DNA of 64,000 nt, from the NCBI RefSeq assembly GCF_964213995.1, contig NC_135801.1, positions 117,614,001 through 117,678,000 of the forward strand, given 5' to 3'. Shown piece after piece: positions 1 through 11,340 of this stretch. The position numbers and the translations under genes are program-made. Under the pieces are notes generated by a model. It was not told the origin of the DNA, did not search any database, and saw nothing but the letters and a program-made list of their open reading frames with translations. The stretch's first letter is position 1; every line of letters begins with the position of its first letter. This DNA is from Mustelus asterias. Lineage: Eukaryota.

Positions 1-19
1 GTTAGAACACTTACAGACT

Positions 20-659
20 GGCCCAGAACTTCTGATCTTCAGATAGTCGTTCCCCAGAATTACTCTCCAAGATGCGCTATAGAGCCCCTAGGAAGTCTCG
101 ATGCTCTGACTGTCTTAGAATTACCTGATTACCCTGAGCCTGGGACCCTCTGAAATTCTGAGTTAAATTTGGAGACTTTGGATAGTTCTGAATTACTTGC
201 TAGAGTAGTTACACAAGAAAGGTTAGAAGGATTAAAATCACTTCTGGCGCCTGGCAATTGTACTACTGACCTCCTTATTCCCTATTGCCCTGTCACCCAT
301 CTGTCAATATAGTCCCTCACCCACTTACCTGCCACCTTACATCCTCACCCGTCCACCTGAAAGATCCACCTGAATGCCTACCCTTCACCCATTCACCTGT
401 CTATCCCTTCATCTACTTTCTTTAGTTTCTCACCATAACTTCTCAAAGTGTCTTTGGACATTGAAACTCTCTACTTACCAGAAGGCTTCTACCATGATTC
501 TCCCCACTGCCCCTTGCGAGTCTTGCTGATCTGTATGAGCTCGGAAGGACCCTACATTTGAAGTTGGGCCTGAAAAATCATAGGACTATAAGTAGATAAC
601 CTCTTGCCTAATCTGGGTTGGAAATAGAGGATTCCAACCTAGCTCGGAAGTTCTGAGCC
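20..659. mobile_element. Non-autonomous DNA transposon with terminal inverted repeats (Harbinger-like ends)
   Basis: Left end GGCCCAGAACTTCTGATCT matches the reverse complement of 641-659 (GGCTCAGAACTTCCGAGCT) at 16/19. Flanks ACT/AGT fit a decayed 3-bp TSD. No ORF. Confidence 0.55.
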
Positions 660-814
660 AGTGCATTTCTACTAAACTCCTCAACTTTCTCAAATAAGAA
701 GAGATCTTTACAGTATTTGAAACAAACAAGGGGCTTGATTCTGAAAGATGTCTATAATACTGGGGGTAGATTCTGATAGATCATCATTGTACTCCCTCAA
801 ATTCCCTCCCTCAT

Positions 815-965
815 ATCCTTCCTGAGGTTCAGTGTCCAAAGCTGAATTCAATCTTCCAGATTAGGTCTGACCGCGATTCTGTACAACTGAAGCATCACTT
901 CCTCCCCTGTGTATTTTAGCTCCCGCGAGATAAAGGCCAACATTCCATTAGCCTTTTGGATTCCA
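815..965 (-). mobile_element. Old CR1 LINE fragment (RT C-terminal region)
   Basis: Similar to the KKAYGMLAFI...LVRPHLEY region of the other CR1 copies in the window; decayed. Confidence 0.55.
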
Positions 966-1218
966 TTAATCTCATCCTTAAAAATGTGCACATGGGAATT
1001 TTGGTTTGTTTGTGATGATGTAAATAGTGACAGTGCTGCTGGCAGTCAAACGAGACAATGAAAACAAAGTCAAAGATAAAGAATATAAGCAGACTTGAAA
1101 GAACTAAGTATGTTCTTGTGTGAGGGGAAAAGAAATCTAATGGTGCAGCAAGTCTCTCAAACATTTTGTGTTTTTCCTGTTCCTCAGGTCAATTGTCGGG
1201 CAGAGAGCAGGAGATCTA

Positions 1219-1545
1219 ATAGAATCATAGAATCCTACAGTGCAGAAGGAGGCCATTCGGCCCATGGAGTCTGCGCCGACCACAATCCCACCCAGGCCAT
1301 AACCCCATAACTCCACGTATTTACCCTATCTAGTCTCCCTGACACTAAGGGGCAATTTAGCATGGCCAATCAACCTAACCCACACATCTCTGGACTGGGA
1401 GGAAACTGGAGCACCTGGAGGAAACCCACGCAGACATAGGAAGAATGTGCAAACTCCACACAGCCAATGACCCGAGGCCGGAATCGAACCAGGGTCCCTG
1501 GCGCTGTGAGGCAGAAGTGCCAACCACTGTGCTACTGTGCCGCCC
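1219..1545 (-). mobile_element. HE1-like V-SINE (tRNA head, V domain, CR1-type tail)
   Basis: Head GGGCGGCACAGTAGCACAGTGG...GGTTCGATTCC, core GTGGAGTTTGCACATTCT, tail ending in (TTCTATGA)n. Confidence 0.9.
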
Positions 1546-1920
1546 ACTGCATGATCAAGCTACCAACCAGGAACCAAACAATCCCCCAGGGTAAACAGCA
1601 CTAATTTGTGGTGGGTGCAATTTCCAACATGTTAGACAAGTGCCCCCCCACCCCTCCCAGTTTGACAAAAACAGAATATTTGGGCCAGCACTCCATAGTC
1701 TATTTTGCTATTCACTAGCTTCAGGATTGGTGTGGCTCGGAGGAGAAACCCGGGGAGCTCGAATGCAATTGAAGCTCCCAGAACAACAGTTTTCCACATG
1801 CAGCTAGCTTATTACAGACTCAATCCCAGTTTATGTTCTGACAAAGCTGATCCATGCCTTTATACACTTTGGAAAATGGATCACAATCATTTATTATCAC
1901 ACCTTTTATCACAAGACTAT

Positions 1921-2043
1921 GGGCGGGGATTATCCAGCTGCTCTTGCCCCCAAAACCAGAAAATGCCCCCGAGGTCAACGGACCTTTCCATGGTCTACCC
2001 GCCATGCACTACAATTCCCATGGTGGATTGAAAATTTCACCCC
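1921..2043 (+). mobile_element. ~125-bp MITE (Harbinger-type TIR)
   Basis: GGGCGGGGATT...AAAATTTCACCC ends; core GAGGTCAACGGACCTTTCCATGG shared with six other copies in the window. Confidence 0.7.
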
Positions 2044-2079
2044 ATGTCTGTTTTCCTCAAGAACAATTTGCCCCATCCC

Positions 2080-2387
2080 ATTCCACCGACCCTTTCTCTA
2101 TTGTCCTGAGTTTTCTTCCCCTTCATGTGCTTTATTCAATTCCTTTTTGAAAACAATGATTGAATCTGCCTCCATGATCCTTTCAGCCAATACATTCCAC
2201 ATTCTAACCGCTCGCTGCATAAAAATGTTTTTCCTCATATCGCTTTTGGTTCTCTTTGTCATTCACCTTGAATCTTTGTCCTCTTGTTCTTGAGCCTACC
2301 ATCAAGAGAACATTTTTTCCCTATCTATTTTGTTCAGATGCCTCATGATTTGAATATCTCTATCAAACCTTTGCTCAACCTTCTCAC
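2080..2387 (-). mobile_element. Old CR1 LINE 3' fragment
   Basis: Antisense similarity to the CR1 end region (DLIEVFKIMRG...FFTQRVV). Confidence 0.6.
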
Positions 2388-3960
2388 CAACTCTGAGCTG
2401 GAGTCTGAGTTATACACCTTGCGGAGCATCAGGGAGGGGGTGATTTACCTTCTCACTTTGTTCCAGGTGGCAGTCACAACCATTAGGTTAAGAACAACTT
2501 TAAAATTCAAAATGATTAGGAATAGGAGCAGGTGATTGTGAGTTAAGCAGGCACGGGGATCCAGCAGGTGGCAGTGGAGGAGCCTCAGCCTTTAACTTTG
2601 ATCAACAGGTACAAACAAGATGTTTGCTACCTGTGTGGATGCCAGCAAAGATTGAGGGGTGGATGAGCAATCTGGTCATAACACTAGGTGTAGGATGCCA
2701 TTCAAGTAGGGGTAGCAAAAAAGAATGTGATAATGATAGGGAACAGTATAGTCAGGGGGATAGATGGTATTGTCTACAGCTGCAACCGGGACCTTTGACG
2801 GTTATGTTGCCTACCTGGTGCTAGGGTTATGGTTATCTCTATGTGGCTGGAGTTGAACTTGGAGTGGGAGGGAGGAGGATCCAGTTGCATAATCCATGTA
2901 AGAACCTTAGGTAGAACTGGGAATTAAGTTCTGCTTAGAGTATTTGGAGAGTTAGGGTCTAACTTAAAATGCAGAACACCAAAGGAAATCATCTTAAAGT
3001 TTAAAGTTTTTAGTTAAAAATTTATTTATTAGTGTCACAAGTAGGTTTACATTAACACTGAAATGAAGTTACTGTGAAAATCCCCTAGCTGCCACATTCT
3101 GGTGCCTGTTCAGGTACACTGAGGGAGAATTTAACATGGCCAATGCACCTAATCAGCACGCCTTTCGGACCGTGGGAGGAAACTGGAGCACCCAGTTGGC
3201 ATGGGGACAATGTGCAGACTCCTCACAGATAGTGACCCAAGCCGGGAATCGAACTTGGGTTCCTTGTGCTGTGAGGCAGCAGTGCTAACCACTGCCACCA
3301 TTTCAGGGTTGTTACCTGAGCTATGTGCCAATCAGCATAGGGTAAAGTAGGTTAGAGAATTAAATCCAAAGAGAAAAGTCAAGGAAACAGACCAATATTT
3401 TTTTTATTTATTTGTGGGACATGGGCATTGCTGGCTGGCCAACGTTTATGTAGAGGTGCAAGTGAAGGCAAACAGATTGGAGAGGAAGGACAGAATGTTT
3501 AACAGAAATTACACACTTGTGAGTCAGGTCACACAAGGAATAATAGTAGAAAAATGAAATTTAAGGCTCAGTATCTGAATGGGCAAAGCATTTGCAATAG
3601 GATTGATTCACTAGTGGCACAAGTGGTTACTGAGGCATAGTTACAAGCTGTCTAAGGTTTGGAAATAAATATCCCACAGTACACAAATGCTTCAAAATAT
3701 ATACGGAATTGAAAGGAGGAGGTGTAACCCTGAAGGTAAACAATGACATTAGATGGAAAGGACCTTGGCTCAGAAGATTATGAAGTAGAATCAGTACGGG
3801 TGGAGATTAGGCGAAAGTCAGAAAATGCTATTTGGAGCTGATTATAGGTCCCCTTTGGTAATTTTATTGTTGGACAGAGCATTAAATAAGACATTATTGG
3901 AGCGTGCAACAATGGCAATGTAATAACTGTGACCGTCTTATGTAGGGAAATAAAGGAGCC
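2388..3960 (+). mobile_element. Decayed CR1 5' region: ORF1 SGNH-esterase and ORF2 APE remnants, interrupted by a SINE
   Basis: Remnant peptides IGNSIVRGID (SGNH block I-like) and CCLPGARV, then YLNGQSICN (APE start-like). Many stops and frameshifts. Confidence 0.65.
3000..3300 (-). mobile_element. V-SINE variant with a non-CR1 (Rex1-like) tail
   Basis: Same head and core as HE1, but the tail reads ...TTTTCACAGTA...TACTTGTGACACTAATAAATAAA. Other copies at 38160, 56451-57425 and a tail-only piece at ~14635-14700. Confidence 0.8.
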
Positions 3961-4059
3961 ATTTTTACATGGATCAAATCACACAAGCAGCAGTAAGATG
4001 AACAATCCGTTGCTTGTTGCAACATTAATTGTGAGACAAGTGTTGCCCGTGACACTAAG

Positions 4060-4206
4060 ACATCACAATGCCCTTCTTCAAGTAGCACCATAGAATTTTA
4101 AATGTCCATCTGACTCATTGTGAACAGCAAATAGATTTAAAGATTCATCTGGAGGACAGCACTACCAACTGTGCAGCTCTTCTTCAGTACGGCAATGGAG
4201 TACCAG
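4060..4206 (-). mobile_element. DeuSINE (SacSINE1/AmnSINE-like) fragment
   Basis: Decayed match to the Deu domain; similar to the copy at 51060-52450. Confidence 0.5.
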
Positions 4207-4959
4207 TTTAAATTACCAGAGAATGCTCGTAACCGAGTCAATGCAGTATGCCAGATCCCTTGCACTTTTCTCCAAATAAGGAACATGTTTGTTGGTATCA
4301 GGAAGAAGGTAAAGATGACAGATGCCCTCAAGTTTCTGATTTTGTGTGGGACCTATTAGCTAGAACATCTATCTGGGAAGTACCTGGGTGCTTTGTGTAC
4401 TACTATTCCCCTTTGCATGCATTTCTTCATTGGACCAAAACTGCATAATGCATTTTTTTCTACTGGTGGAGGTGACAGCATGGGAACAGGTACTAAGATA
4501 TCCAGACCAAGAAGAGCTTCTGCTGTCATGGGATTTATCAATGGAGGTCATCAGTTATGGATGCAGAGGGTTGATGTGTTCTTTTAAGACCTATGCACCC
4601 AGTGTTTCTTTGCCTAAAAATAATATGGGCTCTGTGGAACATTGTACAACAAAGGCATTGTGGTTGTATTCTGGATTGCAGTAACTGTGTAACGATTTTC
4701 TCCTGATATAAGCTATGAGCTTGATAAGAAGAACAGTGATGCCCAAATGGGTTTAATCTGCTGTGCACTGTAATGGAAGTGCTGTCTTTTGCAAGTGTAG
4801 TACTTGTCACTTGTTTGGCAAAGGCATAGATGGCCTAACGTAACACTTGTTCCTTGTTGCCAACAGAGGGGATGCAATGACATGGTAAGTGTATGCTCCA
4901 GTAACCTCTTATTCTGTGGACAATGTTGTTCCTTTGTTAACCTTTGATAGACAGTCAAG

Positions 4960-5818
4960 ATTGGAGCATATAAGACACATACCAACAGACTCAAGAACAG
5001 CTTCTCCCCAGCTGTCATCAGACTTGTATTGAGTACAAGACTTTGAAAATCATGTTGCAGCGATATAAAAGCTTGGTGAAGAAGTATTGCGTGCAGTTCT
5101 GGTCACCACACTACCAGAAGGAAGTGAAAGCTTTGGAGAGAGTGCAAAGAAGGTTCACCAGGATGTTACCTAATCTCAAAGGTGTTTACTATGAGGAGAG
5201 GTTGAAAAAACTAGGATTGTTTTCACTGGAAAGATGGAGGCTGTGGGGAGACCTGATAGAGGTCTACAAAATGATGAGAGGCATAGATAGGGTGGATAGT
5301 CAGATGATTTTTTTCCTCTGGTGGGAGTGTCAATTATAAAGGGGCACAGGTTCAAGGTGAGAGAGGGAAAGTTTACAGGAGTTGTATGGGGGAAGTTTTT
5401 CATGCAGAGAATGGTGGGTGCCTGGAACACGCTGCCAGAGGAGGAGGTAGAAGCAGGCACGTTAGCAACGTTTAAGAGGCATCTGAATGGGTACATGATT
5501 AAGGAGGGAAAAGAGGGACCGAGTAAGGGCAGAAGGTTTTTTTTAGTTTAGTTAGGGCATCATGATCAACATGGGTTTGCAAGACTAAAGGGCGCGTTCC
5601 TGTGCTGTACTTTTCTTTGTTCTTTTGAATGGTCCTATCATATATTAAGCTGATCTTTCTCTTCACCTTACCCATAACTGCAACACTATATTTTGCACCC
5701 TATCCTTTCCTTCTCCCCTATGTACCTTATGAATGGTATGTTTTGCCTGTGTAGCGTGCAAGAAACAATGCTTTTCACTGTATCCCAGTACATGTGACAA
5801 TGATAAATTAAATCAAAA
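4960..5818 (+). mobile_element. Rex1/Babar LINE 3' end split by a CR1 insertion
   Basis: Removing 5026-5624 rejoins TNRLKNSFSPAVIRL|LNG, typical of the Rex1 C-terminus. Ends ...CATGTGACAATGATAAATTAAATCAAA. Confidence 0.7.
5026..5624 (+). mobile_element. 5'-truncated CR1 LINE
   Basis: [27 protein letters not shown]; tail CCTGTGCTGTAC...(TTCTTTG). Confidence 0.9.
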
Positions 5819-7090
5819 AGGGCGGCCAATCCACTAATGCTGGTTTTCTACCCAGTGGTAAAAATTCACACCAACTCCTTAGCTTTTTAAAAGTTTACCT
5901 GACTCTTAAATATTTGGCTCTCAGATCATGCTAAACTTTAAGGTTTCGAGGCTGTTGAGTCCCAGATGTACTACAACTTCCATTTCATGTATGTTTTATG
6001 AGGCTTTTATGAATACCAGATAAGCATTTCTCCCAGTGATTTCCTGACACATGGGATGAAGATTCATAGAACCATAGAATAAAACTGCACAGTTGGAGGC
6101 CATTTGGGCCATTGTGCCTGTTCTAGCTCATTGATAGAAAACATAAAAACATAGAAAATAGCTGCAGGAGTAGGCAATTTAGCCCTTCGAGCCTGCACCA
6201 CCATTCAATATGACCGTAGTTGATCATGCACTTTCAGTATCCCACTCCCGCTTTCTCTCCATATCCCTTGATCCCTTTAGTCACATGTCCAGCTCCCTCT
6301 TGAACATATCTACTGAACTGGCCCCAACAGCTTTCTGTAGTAGAGAATTCCACAGGTTCACAGCTCTCTAAGTGAAGAAGTTCTTCCTCATCTCAGTCCT
6401 GAATGGCTTATCCCTTATTCTTAGTCTGTGACCCCCTGGTTCTGGACTTCCCAACAAGGGGAGGCGAAACCCACCACGGCAGATGGTGGAACTTGAATTC
6501 AATTAAAAATATCTGGAATTAAGAGTCTAATGATGACCATGAAACCATTGTCGATTGTTGTAAAAACCCATTTGGTTCACTCATGTTCTTTAGGGAAGGA
6601 AATCTGCTGTCCTTACCTGGTCTGGCCGAAATGTGACTCCAGAGCCACAGCAATGTGGTTGACTCTCAACTGCCCTCTGAAATGGCCTAGCAAGCCACTC
6701 AGTTGTATCAATTGCTGCAAAGTCTCAACAAAGAAATGAAACCGGATGGCCCACCTTGCATTGACCTAGGCACCACAAAAGATAACGGCAAAACAAACAG
6801 CCCTGTCGACCCTGCAAAGTCCTCCTTACTAATATCTGGGGGCTAGTGCCAAAATTGGGAGAGTTGTCTCACAGAGTAGTCAAGCAACAGCCTGACATAG
6901 TCATGCTCACAGAATCATACCATTATCATCCCTGAATATGTCCTGTCCCACCAGCAGGACAGATGCAGCAGAGGTGGCGGCAGCACAGTGGCATACAGTC
7001 AGGAGGAATTGCCCTGGGAGTCCTTAACATCGACTCCAGACCCCATGAAGGCTTCAGGTTGGAGGGCATGGAAAGCTCTTACTGGTTATC

Positions 7091-8554
7091 CCATGGGATA
7101 AAGGGGGAGGTGGCTAGATGGGTGGAGAACTGGCTTGGTCATAGAAGACAGAGGGTGGTAGTGGAAGGGTCTTTTTCCGGCTGGAGGCCTGTGACTAGTG
7201 GTGTACCGCAGGGCTCTGTATTGGGACCTCTGCTGTTTGTGATTTATATAAATGATCTGGAAGAAGGAGTAACTGGGGTGATCAGTAAGTTTGCGGACGA
7301 CACAAAACTGGCAGGACTTGCAGATAGTGAGGAACATTGTCAGAGGCTACAGAAGGATATAGATAGGCTGGAAATTTGGGCAAGGAAATGGCAGATGGAG
7401 TTCAATCCTGATAAATGCGAAGTGATGCATTTTGGTGGGAATAATGTAAGGAGGAGCTACACGATAAATGGAAGAACCATAAAGGGTGTAGAGACGCAGA
7501 GGGACCTGGGTGTGCAAGTCCACAGATCTTTGAAGGTGACGTCACAGGTGGAGAAGGTGGTGAAGAAGGCATATGGCATGCTTGCCTTTATAGGACGGGG
7601 CATAGAGTATAAAAGTTGGGGTCTGATGTTGCAGATGTATAGAACGTTGGTTCGGCCGCATTTGGAATACTGCGTCCAGTTCTGGTCGCCACACTACCAG
7701 AAGGACGTGGAGGCTTTGGAGAGAGTACAGAGGAGGTTTACCAGGATGTTGCCTGGTATGGAGGGGCTTGGTTATGAGGAGATATTGGGGAAACTGGGGT
7801 TGTTCTCCTTGGAAAGACGGAGGATGAGGGGAGACTTAATAGAGGTGTATAAAATTATGAAAGGCATAGATAGGGTGAACGGTGGGAAGCTTTTCCCCGG
7901 GTCGGTGGTGACGTTCACGAGGGGTCATAGGTTCAAGGTGAAGGGGGGGAGGTTTAACACAGATATCAGAAGGACATATTTCACACAGAGGGTCGTGGGG
8001 GCCTGGAATGTGTTGCCGGGCGAGGTGGTGGAGGCGGACACACTGGGAACGTTTAAGACTTATCTAGACAGCTATATGAACGGAGTGGGAATGGAGGGAT
8101 ACAAAAGAGTGGTCTAGTTTGGACCAGGGAGCGGCGCGGGCTAATTGTTCCTTGTTTCTCGTGGAAGTGGAAATGACTAGGGTTGGGAAGCATTTTCCGA
8201 TCAGGGCCATTGTGATCTCCTGGACTCGTTTCGATCGCCTCAGGGGATCGGAGAGGAATTTCCCAGATTTTTTTTCCCCATATTGGCCCTGGGGTTTTTC
8301 ACTCTGGGTTTTCGCCTCTCCCTGGAGATCACATGGTCTGGAATGGGGGGGTGGGGGTGAGTTAATAGGTTGTAATGAACAAAGCATCGTAGCTGTGGGG
8401 GACAGCTCGGTGGATAGGATATTGGTATGTAGCTGGGCTGGAAAATTGGGCGGGGATCCTGGATTCAGGATTCAATCCTGGACCGGGGAGCGGCGCGGGC
8501 TTGGAGGGCCGAAGGGCCTGTTCCTGTGCTGTATTGTTCTTTGTTCTTGTCTTT
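7091..8554 (+). mobile_element. Young 5'-truncated CR1 nested in LINE family B
   Basis: Open RT frame; tail GGAGGGCCGAAGGGCCTGTTCCTGTGCTG(TTCTTTG)n; GTTATC at both 7085-7090 and 8555-8560. Confidence 0.9.
7092..8117 (+). CDS. CR1 ORF2 reverse transcriptase, C-terminal part (partial, no native start)
   Basis: Motifs [46 protein letters not shown] within ORF 6963..8117. Confidence 0.9.
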   Translation, partial: HGIKGEVARWVENWLGHRRQRVVVEGSFSGWRPVTSGVPQGSVLGPLLFVIYINDLEEGVTGVISKFADDTKLAGLADSEEHCQRLQKDIDRLEIWARKWQMEFNPDKCEVMHFGGNNVRRSYTINGRTIKGVETQRDLGVQVHRSLKVTSQVEKVVKKAYGMLAFIGRGIEYKSWGLMLQMYRTLVRPHLEYCVQFWSPHYQKDVEALERVQRRFTRMLPGMEGLGYEEILGKLGLFSLERRRMRGDLIEVYKIMKGIDRVNGGKLFPGSVVTFTRGHRFKVKGGRFNTDIRRTYFTQRVVGAWNVLPGEVVEADTLGTFKTYLDSYMNGVGMEGYKRVV

Positions 8555-10483
8555 GTTATCACGTACCACCCTCCTTCAGCTGATGAATCAGTACTCCTCC
8601 ATGTTGAACAACACTTGGAGGAAGCACTAAGGGTGGCAAGGGTGCAAAATGTTCACTGGGTGGGGAATTTCAATGTCCACCACCAGGAGTGGCTCGGCAG
8701 CAGCACTACTGATTGAACTGCTTGGGTCATAAAGGATATAACTGCTAGACTAGGTCTGCAGCAGGTGGTGAAGGAACCAACAAGAGGGAAAACATACTTG
8801 ACCCCTTCCTTACCAATCTGCCAGCTTCAGATACATCTATCCATGACAGTATTGGTAAGAGTGACCACTGCACAGTCCTTGTGGAGACAAAGTCCCGCCT
8901 TCACATTGAGAATAACCTCCATCGTGTTGTGTGGCACTACCACTGTGCTAAATGGGACAGACTTCAACCAGATCTAGCAACTCAAGACTGGGCATCCATG
9001 AGGCACTGTGGGCCATCAACAGCAGTGGAACTGTACTTCAGCACAATCTGCAACCTCATGGCCTGGCATATCCCCCACTCAGCAATTACCATCAAGTCAG
9101 GGGATCAACCCCGGTTCAATGGAAAGAGCAAGAGGGCATGCCAGGAGCAGCACCAGGCATACCTAAAAATGAGGTGTCAACCTGGTCAACCAAACAAGAC
9201 TACTTGCATGCCAAATGGCAAAAACAGCAAGTGATAGATGGAGCTAAGCGATCCCACAACCAATGAATCAGATCCAAACTCTGCAGTCCTGTCACATCCA
9301 GTCATGAATGGGGGGGGGGACAATTAAACAATTCACTGGAGGAGCAGTTTCGACAAATATCCCCATCCTCAATGATGGAGGAGCCCAGCAAAAGATAAGG
9401 CTGACGCACTCGCAACAATCTTCAGCTAGAAGTACTGAGTGGACGATCCATCTCGGCCTCCTTCAGTAGTCCCCAGCATCTCAGATGCCAGTCTCCAGCC
9501 AATTTAATTCACTCCACAAGAAACGGTTAGAGGCACTAGATGCTGAAAAGGCAATGGGCCCTGATAACATTCTGGCAATAGTACTGAAGACTTGTGCTCC
9601 AGGACTTGCTGCTCCCCTAGCCAAGCTCTTCCAGTACAGTTACAACACTGGCATCTACCCGACAATGTGGAAAAGTGCCCGGCTATGTCTTGTACACAAA
9701 AAGCAGGACAAAAATCCAACCCGGTCAATTACCGCCCAATCAGTCTACTCTCGATCATCAGTAAAGTGATGGATGGGGTCATCAACAACGCTATCAAGCA
9801 GCACCTGCTCAGCAATAACCTGCTAAGTGATACCCAGTTTGGGATTCACCAGGGTCACTCAACTCCTGACCTCATTACAGCTTTGGCTCAAACATGGACA
9901 ACAGAGCTGAATTCCAGAGGTGAGGCGAGATTGACAGCCTTCGACATCAAGGCCACATTCAGCCGAGTGTGGCATCAAGGAGCCCTCGTGAAATTGGAAT
10001 CAATGGGCATAAGAGGGCAAACTCTTCGCTGGTTGAAGTCATACCTGGTACTGGCAATGTGTACTATCTACAAGATGCAGCAATTCACTAAAGATCCTTA
10101 GGCAGTATCTTCCAAACCCACAACCACTTCCATCTTGGAGGAAAAGGGCAGCAAATACATGGGAACACCACCACCTGCAAGTTCCTCTCCAAGCCACTCA
10201 CCACCCTCACTTGGAAATATATCACCGTTCCTTCGCAGTCACTGAGTCAAAATCGTGGAATTCCCTCCCTAACGGCATTGTCGGTCAACCCACAGAACAT
10301 GGACTGCAGTGATTCAAGAAGGCGGCTCACCACCACCTCCTCAAGGGCAACCAGGGATTGGCAATAAATGCTGTCCAGCCAGTGATGTTCATGTCCCATG
10401 AATTAATAAAAACAATCGGGAGCATTCTTCCTGCATCTAGCCTGTCCAGTCCAATCAGGATTTTGTATGTTTCTCTGCGATCC

Positions 10484-10857
10484 CTGGTCAGGGCTTCAGT
10501 CTGGTCAGGATTTCAGTCTGGTCAGGGCTTCAGTCTAGTCAGGGCTTCAGTCTGGTCAGGGCTTCAGTCTAGTCAGGTCTTCAGTCTGGTCATGATTTCA
10601 GTCTGGTCAGGATTTCAGTCTGGTCAGGACTTCAGTCTGGTCAGGACTTCAGTCTAGTCAGAGCTTCAGTCTGATCAGGGCTTCAGTCTGGATAGGGCTT
10701 CAATCTGGTCAGGACTTCAGTCTAGTCAGGGCTTCAGTCTGGTCAGGACTTCAGTCTAGTCAGGGCTTCAGTCTGGTCAGGGCTTCAGTCTGGTCAGAAC
10801 TTCAGTCTGGTCAGCGCTGCAGTCTGCTCAAGGCTTCAGTCTGGTCAGGGCTTCAGT
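10484..10857. repeat. Minisatellite, 22 x 17 bp (CTGGTCAGGGCTTCAGT)
   Basis: 374 bp = 22 head-to-tail units, with substitutions and no spacers. Confidence 0.95.
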
Positions 10858-10937
10858 TTCTTTAGTTTTTCATCCTTGAGATTCTGGGTTCCTATTCCAG
10901 CTTCTTCAGTTCTGGGTCCATGCATTAGCTGCTACCA

Positions 10938-11191
10938 TGTTGTAAGTGTTTGTTCTGTAGCTCACAAAGAGATCTGGAGGTTTGTGTGGCTGCACATTAA
11001 GTGCCTATTGGTAACACAACTAAATATATCTCCAGAGTCTAACTAAGTCTAAGTAGATACTATCCCCATGCTGATTTCTGCTAGAATCTTGTACTCAGTT
11101 CACTATCATGTGACTCTCCACATTATACTGTGGCGGTTCTGTTCTCCAGTCCCACATTAACTCTTGCTATGACGAACACCCTCATACCACA
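10938..11191 (-). mobile_element. LTR with adjacent primer-binding site (Gypsy-type remnant)
   Basis: TGTTG...CCACA ends; minus-strand TGGTAGCAGC immediately inside (10928-10937); shares CTGTTCTCCAGTCCCACATTAAC with the LTR at 33500 and a near match at 53539. Confidence 0.7.
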
Positions 11192-11224
11192 AAACTCAGG
11201 ACCATTTTAGTTGGTTTTGTCCAG

Positions 11225-11340
11225 ATTGGTTGCTGTGTTTCTTACATGTGCAGTGATTACACATCAGAAGTATTTTATTGGCGAGAAAGAGTTTGGGACA
11301 TCCTGAGGTTGTGAAACACACTCTATAAATGCAAGTCCTA
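11225..11340 (+). mobile_element. DeuSINE 3' tail fragment (L2-type end)
   Basis: TTTGGGACATCCTGAGGTTGTGAAA...TATAAATGCAAGTC. Confidence 0.55.

Larger units (their letters stand above)
6458..10410 (+). mobile_element. CR1-group LINE (family B): SINE-like 5' end, single APE-RT ORF (decayed, internally deleted), poly-A-like end
   Basis: APE remnant NIWGLVPKLGELSHRVVKQQPDIVMLTESY; RT remnants GPDNILAIVLKTCAP and NYRPISLLSIISKVM...DIKATFSRVWHQG. Flanked by AACAA at 6453-6457 and 10411-10415. Confidence 0.85.
6140..10483 (-). mobile_element. CR1 3' end split in two (6140-6457 and 10411-10483) by a LINE insertion
   Basis: Tail (AAACATAG)n at 6140. Sequence stops at CCCAACAA (6457) and resumes AACAATCGGGAGCATTCTTCCTGC at 10411. 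Confidence 0.75.

Noticed and set aside
1326-1547. Recurring short ORFs such as GGTVAQWLALL..., DCGRKPEHPEETH..., VKTHLVHSC...
   Set aside because: Translations of SINE copies on either strand, not a gene family.
6963-8117. 384-aa ORF as a novel gene
   Set aside because: Chance in-frame fusion of a LINE B APE fragment with the nested CR1 RT at 7091; the RT lacks its N-terminal domains.
10484-10857. CRISPR-like array
   Set aside because: Units are contiguous with no unique spacers, there are no cas genes, and the context is a vertebrate genome.
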